64,000 bases of DNA, taken from contig OZ242005.1 of the NCBI GenBank assembly GCA_965204725.1, forward strand, positions 1,632,001 to 1,696,000, in the 5' to 3' direction. A program made the translations under genes and the position numbers. Shown piece by piece: positions 48,023 to 56,929 of this stretch (its first letter is position 1; every line of letters begins with the position of its first letter). The notes under the pieces were generated by a model. That model was not told where the DNA came from and searched no databases. It was given only the letters and a program-made list of their open reading frames with translations. The stretch comes from Candidatus Latescibacterota bacterium (lineage in GTDB: Bacteria; Latescibacterota; UBA2968; UBA8231).

Positions 48023-48949
48023 TTGATGGGGAGTACTGATCTCAAGGTTTTCGCCGGGCGGAGCAATCCCGCACTCGCGGAGGGCATTTACCAGTCGCTG
48101 GCCATTGAGCCGGGGGGCATTGAGTTCATTGACTTTAGCAATGAAAACATCAAGGTAAAGATCTGTGAAAACGTGCGCGGTCGCGATGTGTTCTTTATTC
48201 AGACGTCGTGTCCGCCCGTTAGCTCCTACTTGATGGAGCTGCTCATCGCCCTCGACGCCCTAAAATACGCCTCGGCGGGCCGCATCACCGCCGTCTTGCC
48301 GTACTACCCTTACGCGCTGGCCGACAGCAAGGACGAGCCGAGGATTTCCGTGGCCGGTCGCTTGGTGGCCGACCTGATCGCCGAAGCCGGGGCCGACCGC
48401 ATTCTCACCATGACCTTACACAGCCCGCAGACGATGGGTTTTAGCCGGATTCTAGTGGACCAACTGAGCGGCGTCCCAGCGATATGCGATTATTACGCCG
48501 ACCTCGGTCGCGCTGGCTTAGTTGCGGCGGCGCCGGACATCAGCCGCGCCAAGGTCACCGAGATATACGCCCAGCGCTTGGGGTTGCCCCTCGTCGTCGT
48601 GGATCAGGGCGCCGGGGAAAACAGGGTCATTGGCGACGTAGCCGATCGCGACGTCGTATTCTTCGACGACGCGATCATTACCGGCACCTCCATCCTCAAG
48701 GGGGCCGCAGCCGTCAAGGAGCGCGGGGCGCGCAAAATCTACGCGGGTTGCGTCCACGGGACTCTAACCCAGCAGGCGATAGCCCGACTGGAGCAATCGA
48801 GCCTCCAAGCCCTCGCCATCACCGATACGATCCCCTTGCCAGCAGACGCCGGTGCCCCCCTGATCGAGGTCTGCTCTGTGGCTCCTCTTTTTGCCAGCGC
48901 CATCCGCGCTATCCACGAAGAAACGTCCATCAGCGCGTTATTCAACTGA
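48023..48949 (+). CDS. Second PRPP synthetase paralogue, degenerate
   Basis: Prs-fold motifs present; YALADSK replaces YxRxDxK and the KRR loop is missing. Confidence 0.85.
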   Translation: MMGSTDLKVFAGRSNPALAEGIYQSLAIEPGGIEFIDFSNENIKVKICENVRGRDVFFIQTSCPPVSSYLMELLIALDALKYASAGRITAVLPYYPYALADSKDEPRISVAGRLVADLIAEAGADRILTMTLHSPQTMGFSRILVDQLSGVPAICDYYADLGRAGLVAAAPDISRAKVTEIYAQRLGLPLVVVDQGAGENRVIGDVADRDVVFFDDAIITGTSILKGAAAVKERGARKIYAGCVHGTLTQQAIARLEQSSLQALAITDTIPLPADAGAPLIEVCSVAPLFASAIRAIHEETSISALFN

Positions 48950-48960
48950 GGCGGCCCCCC

Positions 48961-49683
48961 TTGAAGATCGCAGTGCTCGCCGATATTCACGCCAATCTCG
49001 AAGCGTTGGAGGCTGTATTGATTGCTGCGGCCAACGCCGGGGCCGAGCGCATCGTCTGTCTCGGGGACATCGTGGGGTACGGCCCCGATCCGTTGGGTTG
49101 TATCTATCGGCTCAAGGAAGTAGAGGCGCAGATCGTCTTGGGCAACCACGACCAAGCCGTGCTGGAGCCGAGGCGCATCCAGTCCTTTAACGCACTGGCC
49201 CGTCCCTCGCTGTACCAAGCCTACGAGGTGCTGGGGTCGGAAGAACGCGGCTTTTTGCGGCAAGGAGTCTTTCGGCGCGTGGAACGCAATGCGGGGCTGT
49301 CCCACGCCAACCCCCTCAAGCCCGAAGAGTGGGAGCCCCTCCTCCTGTACGATCGCGTCGCTTGGTGTATGCGCCACCTCAAGTGGCCCTTGGCTTTTGT
49401 CGGCCATACCCACGAAGCGCGCATCTATTGCAAGATGCGCGACGAGCCCGTTCCGCTGACCTCGGCCACAGCCGCGATAGGGGAGCACCAATACTTGGTT
49501 GCGGTCGGCAGCGTCGGCCAGCCCCGCGACGGAGACTGGCGGTCGGCCTATACCCTGTGGGATGTCGATGAACAATGGGTCGAGCTCCAGCGCGTCGAAT
49601 ACCCGGTCAAGCGAACCCAAGAGAAGATCAACAACCTCGGCTACCCCCACTACTTGGCCGAGCGCTTGGCCAAAGGGGAGTAG
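48961..49683 (+). CDS. Metallophosphoesterase
   Basis: DIHAN, GDIVGYG, GNHD, GHTH, GSVGQPRDG; TTG start. Confidence 0.92.
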   Translation: MKIAVLADIHANLEALEAVLIAAANAGAERIVCLGDIVGYGPDPLGCIYRLKEVEAQIVLGNHDQAVLEPRRIQSFNALARPSLYQAYEVLGSEERGFLRQGVFRRVERNAGLSHANPLKPEEWEPLLLYDRVAWCMRHLKWPLAFVGHTHEARIYCKMRDEPVPLTSATAAIGEHQYLVAVGSVGQPRDGDWRSAYTLWDVDEQWVELQRVEYPVKRTQEKINNLGYPHYLAERLAKGE

Positions 49684-49698
49684 GCAAGGCCGGTTGGC

Positions 49699-50604
49699 AT
49701 GCGAGGCCGCATCAAGAGAGTCTCTGGGTTGCAGTGCCTCGTGGAGGTGGAGCAAAGCGACTGGCAATGCAAAATTAGGGGCCGGCTCAAGGCTGGATGC
49801 CGCAAGACCAACTCCCCGGTCGTCGCCGGCGACTGGGTCGAGATTGTGCCTACGGCCGAGCGGACGGGCGTCATCGAAGCGGTGCATCCCCGCAAGTCCA
49901 AGTTCTCGCGTGGGACCCGGGGGACGCGCCCGTTTGAGCAGATCCTCTTCGTCAATATGGAGCAATTGGTCGTCGTCGTGGCCGCTTGCCAACCGAGGCC
50001 GCGTCGAGGCTTTATCGACCGAGCGATTGTCATGGCCATCCAAGGGAATCTCCAGCCCGTGGTTTGCATCAACAAAATCGATTTAGTCGCCAAAGAAGCC
50101 GTGGCCGCCCTGACCGCGCCCTACGAGGCTCTTGGCTATCCAGTCTATCGCACCAGTGCGGTAGAGGGCGATGGAATGGGCGAGTTCAAAAAGGCCCTTC
50201 GCAATCGCAGCACGGCCGTGGTTGGCCCCTCTGGGGTCGGCAAATCGACCTTGCTCAACGGCGTCGAACGGGGGTTGGGCCTAAAGACAAAAGAAATAAT
50301 GAAGCACCGCGATCGCGGCCGGCACACGACCGCGGCCGTGCATTTGTTCAAGCTGCAAGCAGGCGGCTATGTGGCCGATACCCCCGGGGTTGATACGCTC
50401 CGCTTATGGGGGATAAAACCCGCTGAGCTCGCGGCGTATTATCCCGAGCTAGACCCCCTGCGCGGCCAGTGTCAATTCGGCGATTGCAGCCACTTGTGCG
50501 AACCCGGTTGCGCGGTGCGGGCGGCCGTAGCGGCCGGCCGGGTGGCCCCGGCGCGCTACGAAGGATACCGGCGCATTTTCGCCAGCTTGAGCCGCGATGA
50601 GTGA
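49699..50604 (+). CDS. rsgA: Small-subunit biogenesis GTPase RsgA
   Basis: NKID, GPSGVGKS, RGRHTT, DTPG, CxFxDCxHxxEPGC. Confidence 0.96.
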   Translation: MRGRIKRVSGLQCLVEVEQSDWQCKIRGRLKAGCRKTNSPVVAGDWVEIVPTAERTGVIEAVHPRKSKFSRGTRGTRPFEQILFVNMEQLVVVVAACQPRPRRGFIDRAIVMAIQGNLQPVVCINKIDLVAKEAVAALTAPYEALGYPVYRTSAVEGDGMGEFKKALRNRSTAVVGPSGVGKSTLLNGVERGLGLKTKEIMKHRDRGRHTTAAVHLFKLQAGGYVADTPGVDTLRLWGIKPAELAAYYPELDPLRGQCQFGDCSHLCEPGCAVRAAVAAGRVAPARYEGYRRIFASLSRDE

Positions 50605-51538
50605 ACTGACCATCAAAGAGCTGCTAGCCACCTACGGCCAGCAACTCCGCCTCAAGCTCATCGCCGGCGCCAAGGGGCTTGAGCGCACCATCAACAACAG
50701 CGACATCCATCGCCCGGGCTTGGCTCTGACGGGCTTCGTCGAGCTGTTTACCTTGGATCAGGTGCAGTTGTTGGGCAATACCGAAGTCGAGTACCTGCGT
50801 AGCTTACCCCCAGCGCGGCGGCGGCAAGCCCTCAAAATCATCTATCAATTCGACATCCCCTGTGTGGTCTTGACCGGTCGGGGGCGCGTTCACTCCGAGC
50901 TGCGGGTGCTAGCCGACGAGTGTGCGGTCCCGCTGCTCAAGTCCGAATACAGCACGGCTGAGCTGACCCATCTCATCCGCTTTTATCTCGACGAAGTGTT
51001 TGCCCCTCAAGTGTCCGTGCATGGGACGCTGGTTGATGTCTCGGGAGTCGGGCTGCTCTTTCGCGGTCGCAGCGGCATTGGCAAAAGCGAGGTCGCCTTG
51101 GATTTGGTCGAGCGCGGGCACCGATTGGTGGCCGACGATATGGTCATCATCAACCGCAAGCCCCAAGGCATTTTGGTGGGGCGCAGCTCGGATATGCTCC
51201 AAGATCACATTGAAATTCGCGGCATCGGCATCTTAGACGTAAAAAAGATGTTTGGCGCGTGGAGAACTCGGCGGCAGAAGCGGGTGGAGATATTGGTCAA
51301 CCTCGTTGATTGGGACGAAAAATATGCTTATGAACGTCTTGGCCTTGAAGACAACAAGGTGGTAATCCTCGGCGTTGAGGTGCCCGAGGTCTTCATACCG
51401 CTGTTTCCCGGCAAAAATATCACGGTGCTCGCCGAGACCATAGCGATAGATTACCTCTTGCGCTTGGACGGGGAGTACGCGGCCCGGTCGTTTAGCCAGC
51501 GGCTCCAAGAGCGCATTAAGGCGGGCAAAAAACCATGA
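50597..51538 (+). CDS. hprK: HPr kinase/phosphorylase
   Basis: GRSGIGKSE, GHRLVADD, EIRGIGI. Confidence 0.96.
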   Translation: MSELTIKELLATYGQQLRLKLIAGAKGLERTINNSDIHRPGLALTGFVELFTLDQVQLLGNTEVEYLRSLPPARRRQALKIIYQFDIPCVVLTGRGRVHSELRVLADECAVPLLKSEYSTAELTHLIRFYLDEVFAPQVSVHGTLVDVSGVGLLFRGRSGIGKSEVALDLVERGHRLVADDMVIINRKPQGILVGRSSDMLQDHIEIRGIGILDVKKMFGAWRTRRQKRVEILVNLVDWDEKYAYERLGLEDNKVVILGVEVPEVFIPLFPGKNITVLAETIAIDYLLRLDGEYAARSFSQRLQERIKAGKKP

Positions 51539-52491
51539 TGACGCTCGGGGTGGCCGGCCATGCCCGCGAGGTGGCTGTCCATCGGGCGGCCTTGCAGGAG
51601 TGCCGCGATATTCAGTTGGTATATGACGCCGATTGCGCCGCGGTCTTAAAGGAAAAAGTAGATGGGCTGGTGCTGCTGCACGTGGCCGATAAATCGCATT
51701 GGATCGGCACGGCCCTCGCGGCTGGTCTTCCCGTCATGGCAACCCATCCCGTACCGGAGTTTGCCGATAGCCGTCCGTCTAAGAAGCGATCTGAAAACTC
51801 TGGTGGTCGTCCCTTGGGGCTCAACGATCCCGGCTGGATTCCCGCTTTCGCGGGAATGACGGGGACTTTTGCGGGAAAGACGGAGACTTTCGCGGGAGTG
51901 ACGGAGGTGGATTCTCAGACAGCGTCTAAGGTGTGTGTGCTGTCGCTGGGGCGGCATACGCGCTTTTGCTCGGCTTTGGTCCGACCGGGCGTAGCGCATT
52001 ACTCGTTGGAGCTTTCTTTTAATTCGGCTTCCTTCGATTGCATGGACCGCGAGACGATTTGCAATCAAGCGGCCTTGGATATGTGCGACCTGCTGTTGGG
52101 TGCTTGGGGGGCGGTCGATGTGCTGTACAGCAGGATGCGCAACTTCTTTCATCCTAGTCGCATGGAGGATGTGTCAGTCGCGCTGTTGAGGATGCGCAAC
52201 GGCGTCGAAGGCTCGGTCGCGCTCTTCGACGTTACGGGGGGGAGCGCGGCGTTGCGAATTCGGTTGTATGCAGCGGACGAAATCGTCGATGCGTCTTGGC
52301 CTTGGGCATGGGAAGCAGACGATCTGATGGCGTACTATCGCAATTTCATCGCCTGTATCCAAGGGTGTGCCCAGCCGCTGTTGGGTTTGGGGCAGGTAGC
52401 CGAAAGCTATCGGCTTTTGGAATGGATGCGCATGTCGGCGAGACAAGATGCGGTTTTGAGCCGCAGAGATGTGAGCAGAGATGTGAAATGA
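51535..52491 (+). CDS. Divergent Gfo/Idh/MocA-like protein with an in-frame repeat insertion
   Basis: ALAAGLPV, EDVSVALLRMRNG; 49-codon insert containing WIPAFAGMT. Confidence 0.55.
   Translation: MMTLGVAGHAREVAVHRAALQECRDIQLVYDADCAAVLKEKVDGLVLLHVADKSHWIGTALAAGLPVMATHPVPEFADSRPSKKRSENSGGRPLGLNDPGWIPAFAGMTGTFAGKTETFAGVTEVDSQTASKVCVLSLGRHTRFCSALVRPGVAHYSLELSFNSASFDCMDRETICNQAALDMCDLLLGAWGAVDVLYSRMRNFFHPSRMEDVSVALLRMRNGVEGSVALFDVTGGSAALRIRLYAADEIVDASWPWAWEADDLMAYYRNFIACIQGCAQPLLGLGQVAESYRLLEWMRMSARQDAVLSRRDVSRDVK
51776..51930 (+). mobile_element. Family B miniature element inserted in frame
   Basis: Bounded by cgtctaag direct repeats 147 bp apart; left end matches the reverse complement of 23657-23691. 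Confidence 0.8.
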
Positions 52492-52573
52492 TAATGTCTT
52501 ATAAAATTTTTTATGTAAATAAAAGAAAAAAAGAAACTCAAAACCGTGTAGAAAAAAATGGCGTTTTGGGTAT

Positions 52574-52670
52574 GAGATACTTCGCTACGCTCAGTATGAC
52601 CAGGGCTGGGGCACGCAGCCCCCGTCTGTGTGTCATGCTGAGCGTAGCGAAGCGCAGTCGAAGCATCTCT
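52574..52670. repeat. REP-like palindrome, family C
   Basis: cttcgctacgctcagtatgac ... gtcatgctgagcgtagcgaag inverted pair. Confidence 0.65.
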
Positions 52671-52707
52671 ACATGCTTTCGAGTCATTTAGGACAGCTAT
52701 ATATATA

Positions 52708-53238
52708 ATGTATAAGTCATCCACGCCCCCGACGTACTTCGCTCTTGCGTTAGCGTCTTTCTTATTGGCGATCGTGTTGTTGTTCAACATGCTCAGCCCT
52801 ATGGCCGTGCCGGTTACTAAGGAGCAGTTCGAGCAGATCAGAGAGGCCGACCTTATTGAGCATCTAATCGTGCAGCCCCAAGGATTTACTTGGCAGCTCA
52901 AACGGACCGTGCGCGTCCAAGGGACCAACGGCGAAACACAGGCCAAGCGCATCGCGCTCGCCGAGCCGGACCCCGCTATGGCCGAAGATTGGCAACAAAA
53001 GGGGGGAGCGGTGCGGCACGAGCAAGAGCAAGATGTCTCCCAGTGGGGGGGCATAATTTTCATCGCCTTGTTGCTCGGCGTAGGGGGGTGGCATATATGG
53101 TCCCAAATACGGCTCGACCTCAAAGGGGGCGGGGGGCCGCGCCGGCGCTTGCGCGACTTAGAAACCGCGCTCAAACAAGGCAAAATTACCCAAGCCGAAT
53201 TCCGGCAGCGGGCCGAGCGGCTGTGGGCCGAATTGTGA
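52708..53238 (+). CDS. Two-TM hypothetical protein with C-terminal SHOCT-like motif
   Basis: TM-loop-TM, then LRDLETALKQGKITQAEF. Confidence 0.65.
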   Translation: MYKSSTPPTYFALALASFLLAIVLLFNMLSPMAVPVTKEQFEQIREADLIEHLIVQPQGFTWQLKRTVRVQGTNGETQAKRIALAEPDPAMAEDWQQKGGAVRHEQEQDVSQWGGIIFIALLLGVGGWHIWSQIRLDLKGGGGPRRRLRDLETALKQGKITQAEFRQRAERLWAEL

Positions 53239-53244
53239 GGAGCT

Positions 53245-54993
53245 ATGGCGAGTACTATTCGCGTTCTCGACGAAAGCCTCATTGGAAAAATCGCCGCTGG
53301 TGAGGTCGTGGAACGACCGGCCTCGGTCGTGAAAGAATTGGTCGAAAACTCAATTGATGCCGGGGCCACGAAAATCTGCGTGGAAATCAAGGCGGGCGGC
53401 AAGCAGTTGATCGTCGTGACCGACGATGGTTCGGGCATGAACCGAGAGGATATCGCTTTGTGTGTGCGGCGGCATGCCACGAGCAAGATGGCTTCAGCGG
53501 CCGACCTGTTCTGCATTCAGACGCTAGGGTTTCGCGGCGAAGCCCTAGCCAGCATTGGGGCGGTCGCGCACTTGGCGATTGAATCGCGCACCCAGCAAGA
53601 CGAGGTGGGGACGCGCTTGGTCGTGGAAGGGGGGATCGAGCGAGAAATGCACAGCATGGGTCGAGCGCACGGCACGACCATTGTGGTAAAGAACCTGTTT
53701 TTTAATACGCCCGCGCGGCGCAAGTTCCTCCGCTCCGTCAATGTGGAAGCTCGCCACGTGGCCCAGACCCTCATCCATTTAGCCGCTGGCTACCCGGCCC
53801 TTGGCTTTGAACTAGCACACCAAGATCGCCAAGTCTTGAGCTACGCCCCGGCATCGCGGCGAGCGCGGGCGGCCGAGCTGTTGGGCATTCCAGTCGCCGA
53901 ACTGTTGGACTTGGCGCACGAGGAGGAGGGCCTCAAAATCGAAGGGGTCTTGGCCGGTCCCGAGTGCTGCGGCCCCAGCAAGGGCAAGCAATATATCATT
54001 GTACAGGGGCGGCCCATTTTTTCGCGCCTGATGGTTAGGGCAATTCAGCGGTGCTTTGAGGGCCTGCTGCCCGAAGGACACCATCCGGTATTCATGCTCT
54101 GGATCGATATGGATCCCCAGAAAATCGACGTCAATGTCCATCCGACCAAGCGGGAGATTCGCTTGGCCAACGAAGGGCAGGTGGTTGCGGCCATTGAAAA
54201 CAGCGTCCGGCACAGCTTGCGCCTGCCCGAGGTGCAATCCTTTGTCTATGCTCCTCCTCGTTCCAGCGATCCCAACAGCGATGGGGGGGACGAGCCGGTC
54301 GCGGTCCGCGTCGGCGAAGGCGAGCCGGCGTCCCCGGTGTTGCACAGCCTGCCCACGCCCGGGGATGCCGACGACCAACTCGCGATGACCTTCGTCGCCC
54401 CGAGCGAGGCCAAAGTCGCCGTTGTCCAAGACGCCGCGATGTGGCAGGTCCACAATCAGTACATCCTCGTCGAGGTGGCCGATGGCTTGCTTTTTGTCGA
54501 TCAGCAGGCCGCGCACGAGCGGATCAACTACGACCGGGCCATGGCGCAAATCGATGGCGCGACCGGGGAAAGCCAGCAGTTGCTCTTTCCCATCCAGCTA
54601 GAAATGGGAGCCGCGGATTTCGAGGTATTCAACCAAGTGCGGGCGGACGTTGCCAAGCTGGGCTTTGTCGTGCGGGACTTTGGTGCCCGGACGGTGTTGG
54701 TGGAAGCCATTCCCGCTGAATTGGAGAACTTTGGCGAAGGCGATGCTTTTTATCAGCTATTGAACGACGTGCGCGATGGCCAGCATTCGGGCCACGCTTG
54801 GCGCGAAGCACTTGTCTTGGCTTATACGCGCAAGGCGAGCATCCAGAAGGGACAACGACTGAACGCCGAGGAGCAGGCGCATTTGATCGCTGCATTGCTC
54901 AAGGTGGAGCGACCGCACGTAAGCCCGACGGACAAGCCGATTATGGCGCGGATGAAGTTGAGCGATATGGAGCGGCTGTTGCGGAAGTTCTAG
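53245..54993 (+). CDS. mutL: DNA mismatch repair protein MutL
   Basis: IAAGEVVERP, KELVENSIDA, GFRGEAL, DVNVHPTK, DQQAAHER. Confidence 0.96.
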   Translation: MASTIRVLDESLIGKIAAGEVVERPASVVKELVENSIDAGATKICVEIKAGGKQLIVVTDDGSGMNREDIALCVRRHATSKMASAADLFCIQTLGFRGEALASIGAVAHLAIESRTQQDEVGTRLVVEGGIEREMHSMGRAHGTTIVVKNLFFNTPARRKFLRSVNVEARHVAQTLIHLAAGYPALGFELAHQDRQVLSYAPASRRARAAELLGIPVAELLDLAHEEEGLKIEGVLAGPECCGPSKGKQYIIVQGRPIFSRLMVRAIQRCFEGLLPEGHHPVFMLWIDMDPQKIDVNVHPTKREIRLANEGQVVAAIENSVRHSLRLPEVQSFVYAPPRSSDPNSDGGDEPVAVRVGEGEPASPVLHSLPTPGDADDQLAMTFVAPSEAKVAVVQDAAMWQVHNQYILVEVADGLLFVDQQAAHERINYDRAMAQIDGATGESQQLLFPIQLEMGAADFEVFNQVRADVAKLGFVVRDFGARTVLVEAIPAELENFGEGDAFYQLLNDVRDGQHSGHAWREALVLAYTRKASIQKGQRLNAEEQAHLIAALLKVERPHVSPTDKPIMARMKLSDMERLLRKF

Positions 54994-55008
54994 GGCCGAT
55001 TGCGGGGA

Positions 55009-55218
55009 TTATCCGGGTAGCTTGCTGAGGATGCTAAACAGCAGGCTGCCGATAGCGAACAAGCTGGCGACCAGCACTCCGACCAACCAGCGCGTAAGCG
55101 TGTCGAGGCGGCGATTGAGCGCGGCAATTTCTTGCCGCACTTCGGAAAGGCTGCGCTCAACGCTGTCAATCCGCTTTTCAATAGAATCCAATCGGCGGTC
55201 TAACTGCTCGGCAGCGCC
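55009..55218 (-). pseudogene. 5'-truncated paralogue of the small coiled-coil/TM protein at 56536-56757
   Basis: GAAEQLDRRLDSIE...TLTRWLVG...ILSKLP; native start missing. Confidence 0.65.
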
Positions 55219-55220
55219 GC

Positions 55221-55625
55221 AGCTTTGGCTATACGGCCCTGCACTTGGCGGCGGGGGCAGTAGATTATCGGGATAATAATACGTATTTTCCTGGTCGTCT
55301 TGAGATAATCAAGTATCTGGTGGGTCAGGGGGCGGATGTGAATGCTACGAACGCCTTCGGCTGGACGCCGCTGCACGAGGCGGTGGTGCGGGATTTTTTG
55401 GAGGGGGTGAAGGTGCTTGTGGGTCAGGGGGCGAGTCTCACGGCTACGAACAACGGCTGGACGGCGTTGCACCGGGCGGCGTGGTCGGGTCGTTTGGAGG
55501 CAGTGCAGTATCTAGTGGGTCAGGGGGCAAGCCGCACGGCTACGACCAACGATGGCAAGACGCCTCGGGCCTTGGCGGTGGAGAAAGGTCATACGGCGGT
55601 GGTAGCGTATTTTGACACGCTGTGA
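55221..55625 (+). pseudogene. 5'-truncated ankyrin-repeat gene
   Basis: FGYTALHLAA...GWTPLHEA...GWTALHRAA...GKTP; in-frame TAG at 55182 with no start codon before the repeats. Confidence 0.75.
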
Positions 55626-55672
55626 CGACGACGAGTAGGTTAGTCTGTCTTATTCGTTGGTAGGTTAGGTAT

Positions 55673-55711
55673 AGGTCGGCACTCGATGTTTATCGGGTGC
55701 TGGCCTTTTTT
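55673..55711 (+). terminator. Rho-independent terminator
   Basis: aggtcggcactcgat-gttt-atcgggtgctggcct followed by a T-tract. Confidence 0.8.
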
Positions 55712-55785
55712 GGTTATGGGCAAGTGAAAGCGGAACGGCTTGACCGCCCCTAGCGCACGGAACGATATTGAGGGTTAAGGTGAAA

Positions 55786-56113
55786 CACGTCGCGGCTGAC
55801 CTACCGGCAGAGTAAACCGGGCGTGGAAGTTTTACGAGCGGCGTTGGTTGGGCCGATTGCGTAAGCGCGGCCACCGGGTCTAACATCCCCGGCTTTCGCG
55901 GCCAACGCCGCACTTTTTTTATGGGGCTTGGCTTGGCACACACTTCACAGACAGGAGCCTAAACGATGCGGTTATTGAGCGGGTTGACCGCGCCTTGCCG
56001 CGGTCCGTATCCTGTTGGTCAGTTTGGCAGGGACGGCCCTATTGCGCCGTCCGCCAAGCAGGTTGCGCGCCGCGGCTGCTTCACTGGCAGAGTAAACCGG
56101 GCGCGTTTTTTTT
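55786..56113 (+). ncRNA. Candidate structured RNA motif in two copies (55786-55825 and 56066-56105)
   Basis: 40-nt units, 32/40 identical, with a compensatory stem change; family unidentified. Confidence 0.4.
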
Positions 56114-56410
56114 GCCTTCCCCGTCCATCCCCGGATTTTGTGCAGTGAACATTCAAGCTGGTTTTGACTATCGGTTAGCACGTGTTTGGCTTGCCGAACT
56201 TTTTGGATCGCAAAAAATCCATGTTGGCGTCACGTGTTTGGCTTGCCGAACTAGTCGAGGGAAATTTGCCGCGGTCCCTTGACCCGCCCTAGCGCGGCAT
56301 TGCTCTCTGCGTGGGAGTGCTTTTGCACAAGCGACAAAACGGCCAACGTCTTGCCCGTGCTCCGGCCAGAGCACACGAAGGGCGGGATGGTTGCTTGTGC
56401 ATTTTCTTGC

Positions 56411-56449
56411 AAAAGCCTTGTCGGTGGGCGCATCGACAAGGCTTTTTTT
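56411..56449. terminator. Bidirectional terminator
   Basis: aaaagccttgtcggt...atcgacaaggctttttt. Confidence 0.75.
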
Positions 56450-56535
56450 ATGCGGATACTACCGATAACGGGCATTATCGGTAGTATAAAATGAGCACCG
56501 GAGGCTCGTTGAGCGGCGGCCTATTTTGGGTCCGA

Positions 56536-56757
56536 TTACGGCAAGCGCGACAGGATCAGCGTCCCCAGTGCCAGCAAGGTCGCGATTTGCATTCCAACCA
56601 ACCAGCGCGTGAGCGTGGCGACTTCTTTCCGCACTTCACTGATGGACCGCTCAATGCTATCCAAGCGGATGTTGGTCTGGCGGTTTTGCTCAACGGATTG
56701 CTCGGCAATGCCTTCTAACCGCCCAATTCGGCGGTCGTGGGTTAGCGGTTCGCTCAT
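56536..56757 (-). CDS. Small coiled-coil protein with C-terminal TM helix (DUF1640/XhlA-like)
   Basis: RBS aaggaaag; RIGRLEG...RWLVGMQIATLLAL. Confidence 0.7.
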   Translation of the reverse strand: MSEPLTHDRRIGRLEGIAEQSVEQNRQTNIRLDSIERSISEVRKEVATLTRWLVGMQIATLLALGTLILSRLP

Positions 56758-56929
56758 GCGGCTTTCCTTTCGGTTGGGTCCTCAATTTCATATCCAAGAT
56801 CATTCGCGTCAAACGCGGCGGCAAAATGCCGCGATGTTCGCTATATTTGTTTTATTCTTTAGCCACTGTTACAAACATCGCGGATATTAAAGCTAATGCA
56901 CCAGACCTCTAATCCTGTAAGCCCATTCA

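Noticed and set aside
48739-50043. Long antisense ORFs (also 6205-7338, 8515-9492, 45505-46401, 52407-53516, 62975-63810)
   Set aside because: Shadow frames of well-supported genes in GC-rich DNA.
55940-55990. c-di-GMP-I riboswitch resemblance (gcctaaac...agcgggttgaccg)
   Set aside because: The GGCAAA / GAAA-tetraloop P2 elements are missing.
56179-56252. Mini CRISPR array
   Set aside because: Only two 22-bp repeats and no cas genes.
55665-56494. Short ORFs in the non-coding islet (55665-55943, 55966-56148, 55995-56282 and others) as genes or type I toxins
   Set aside because: No recognisable motif or hydrophobic helix, and they run across terminators and hairpins.
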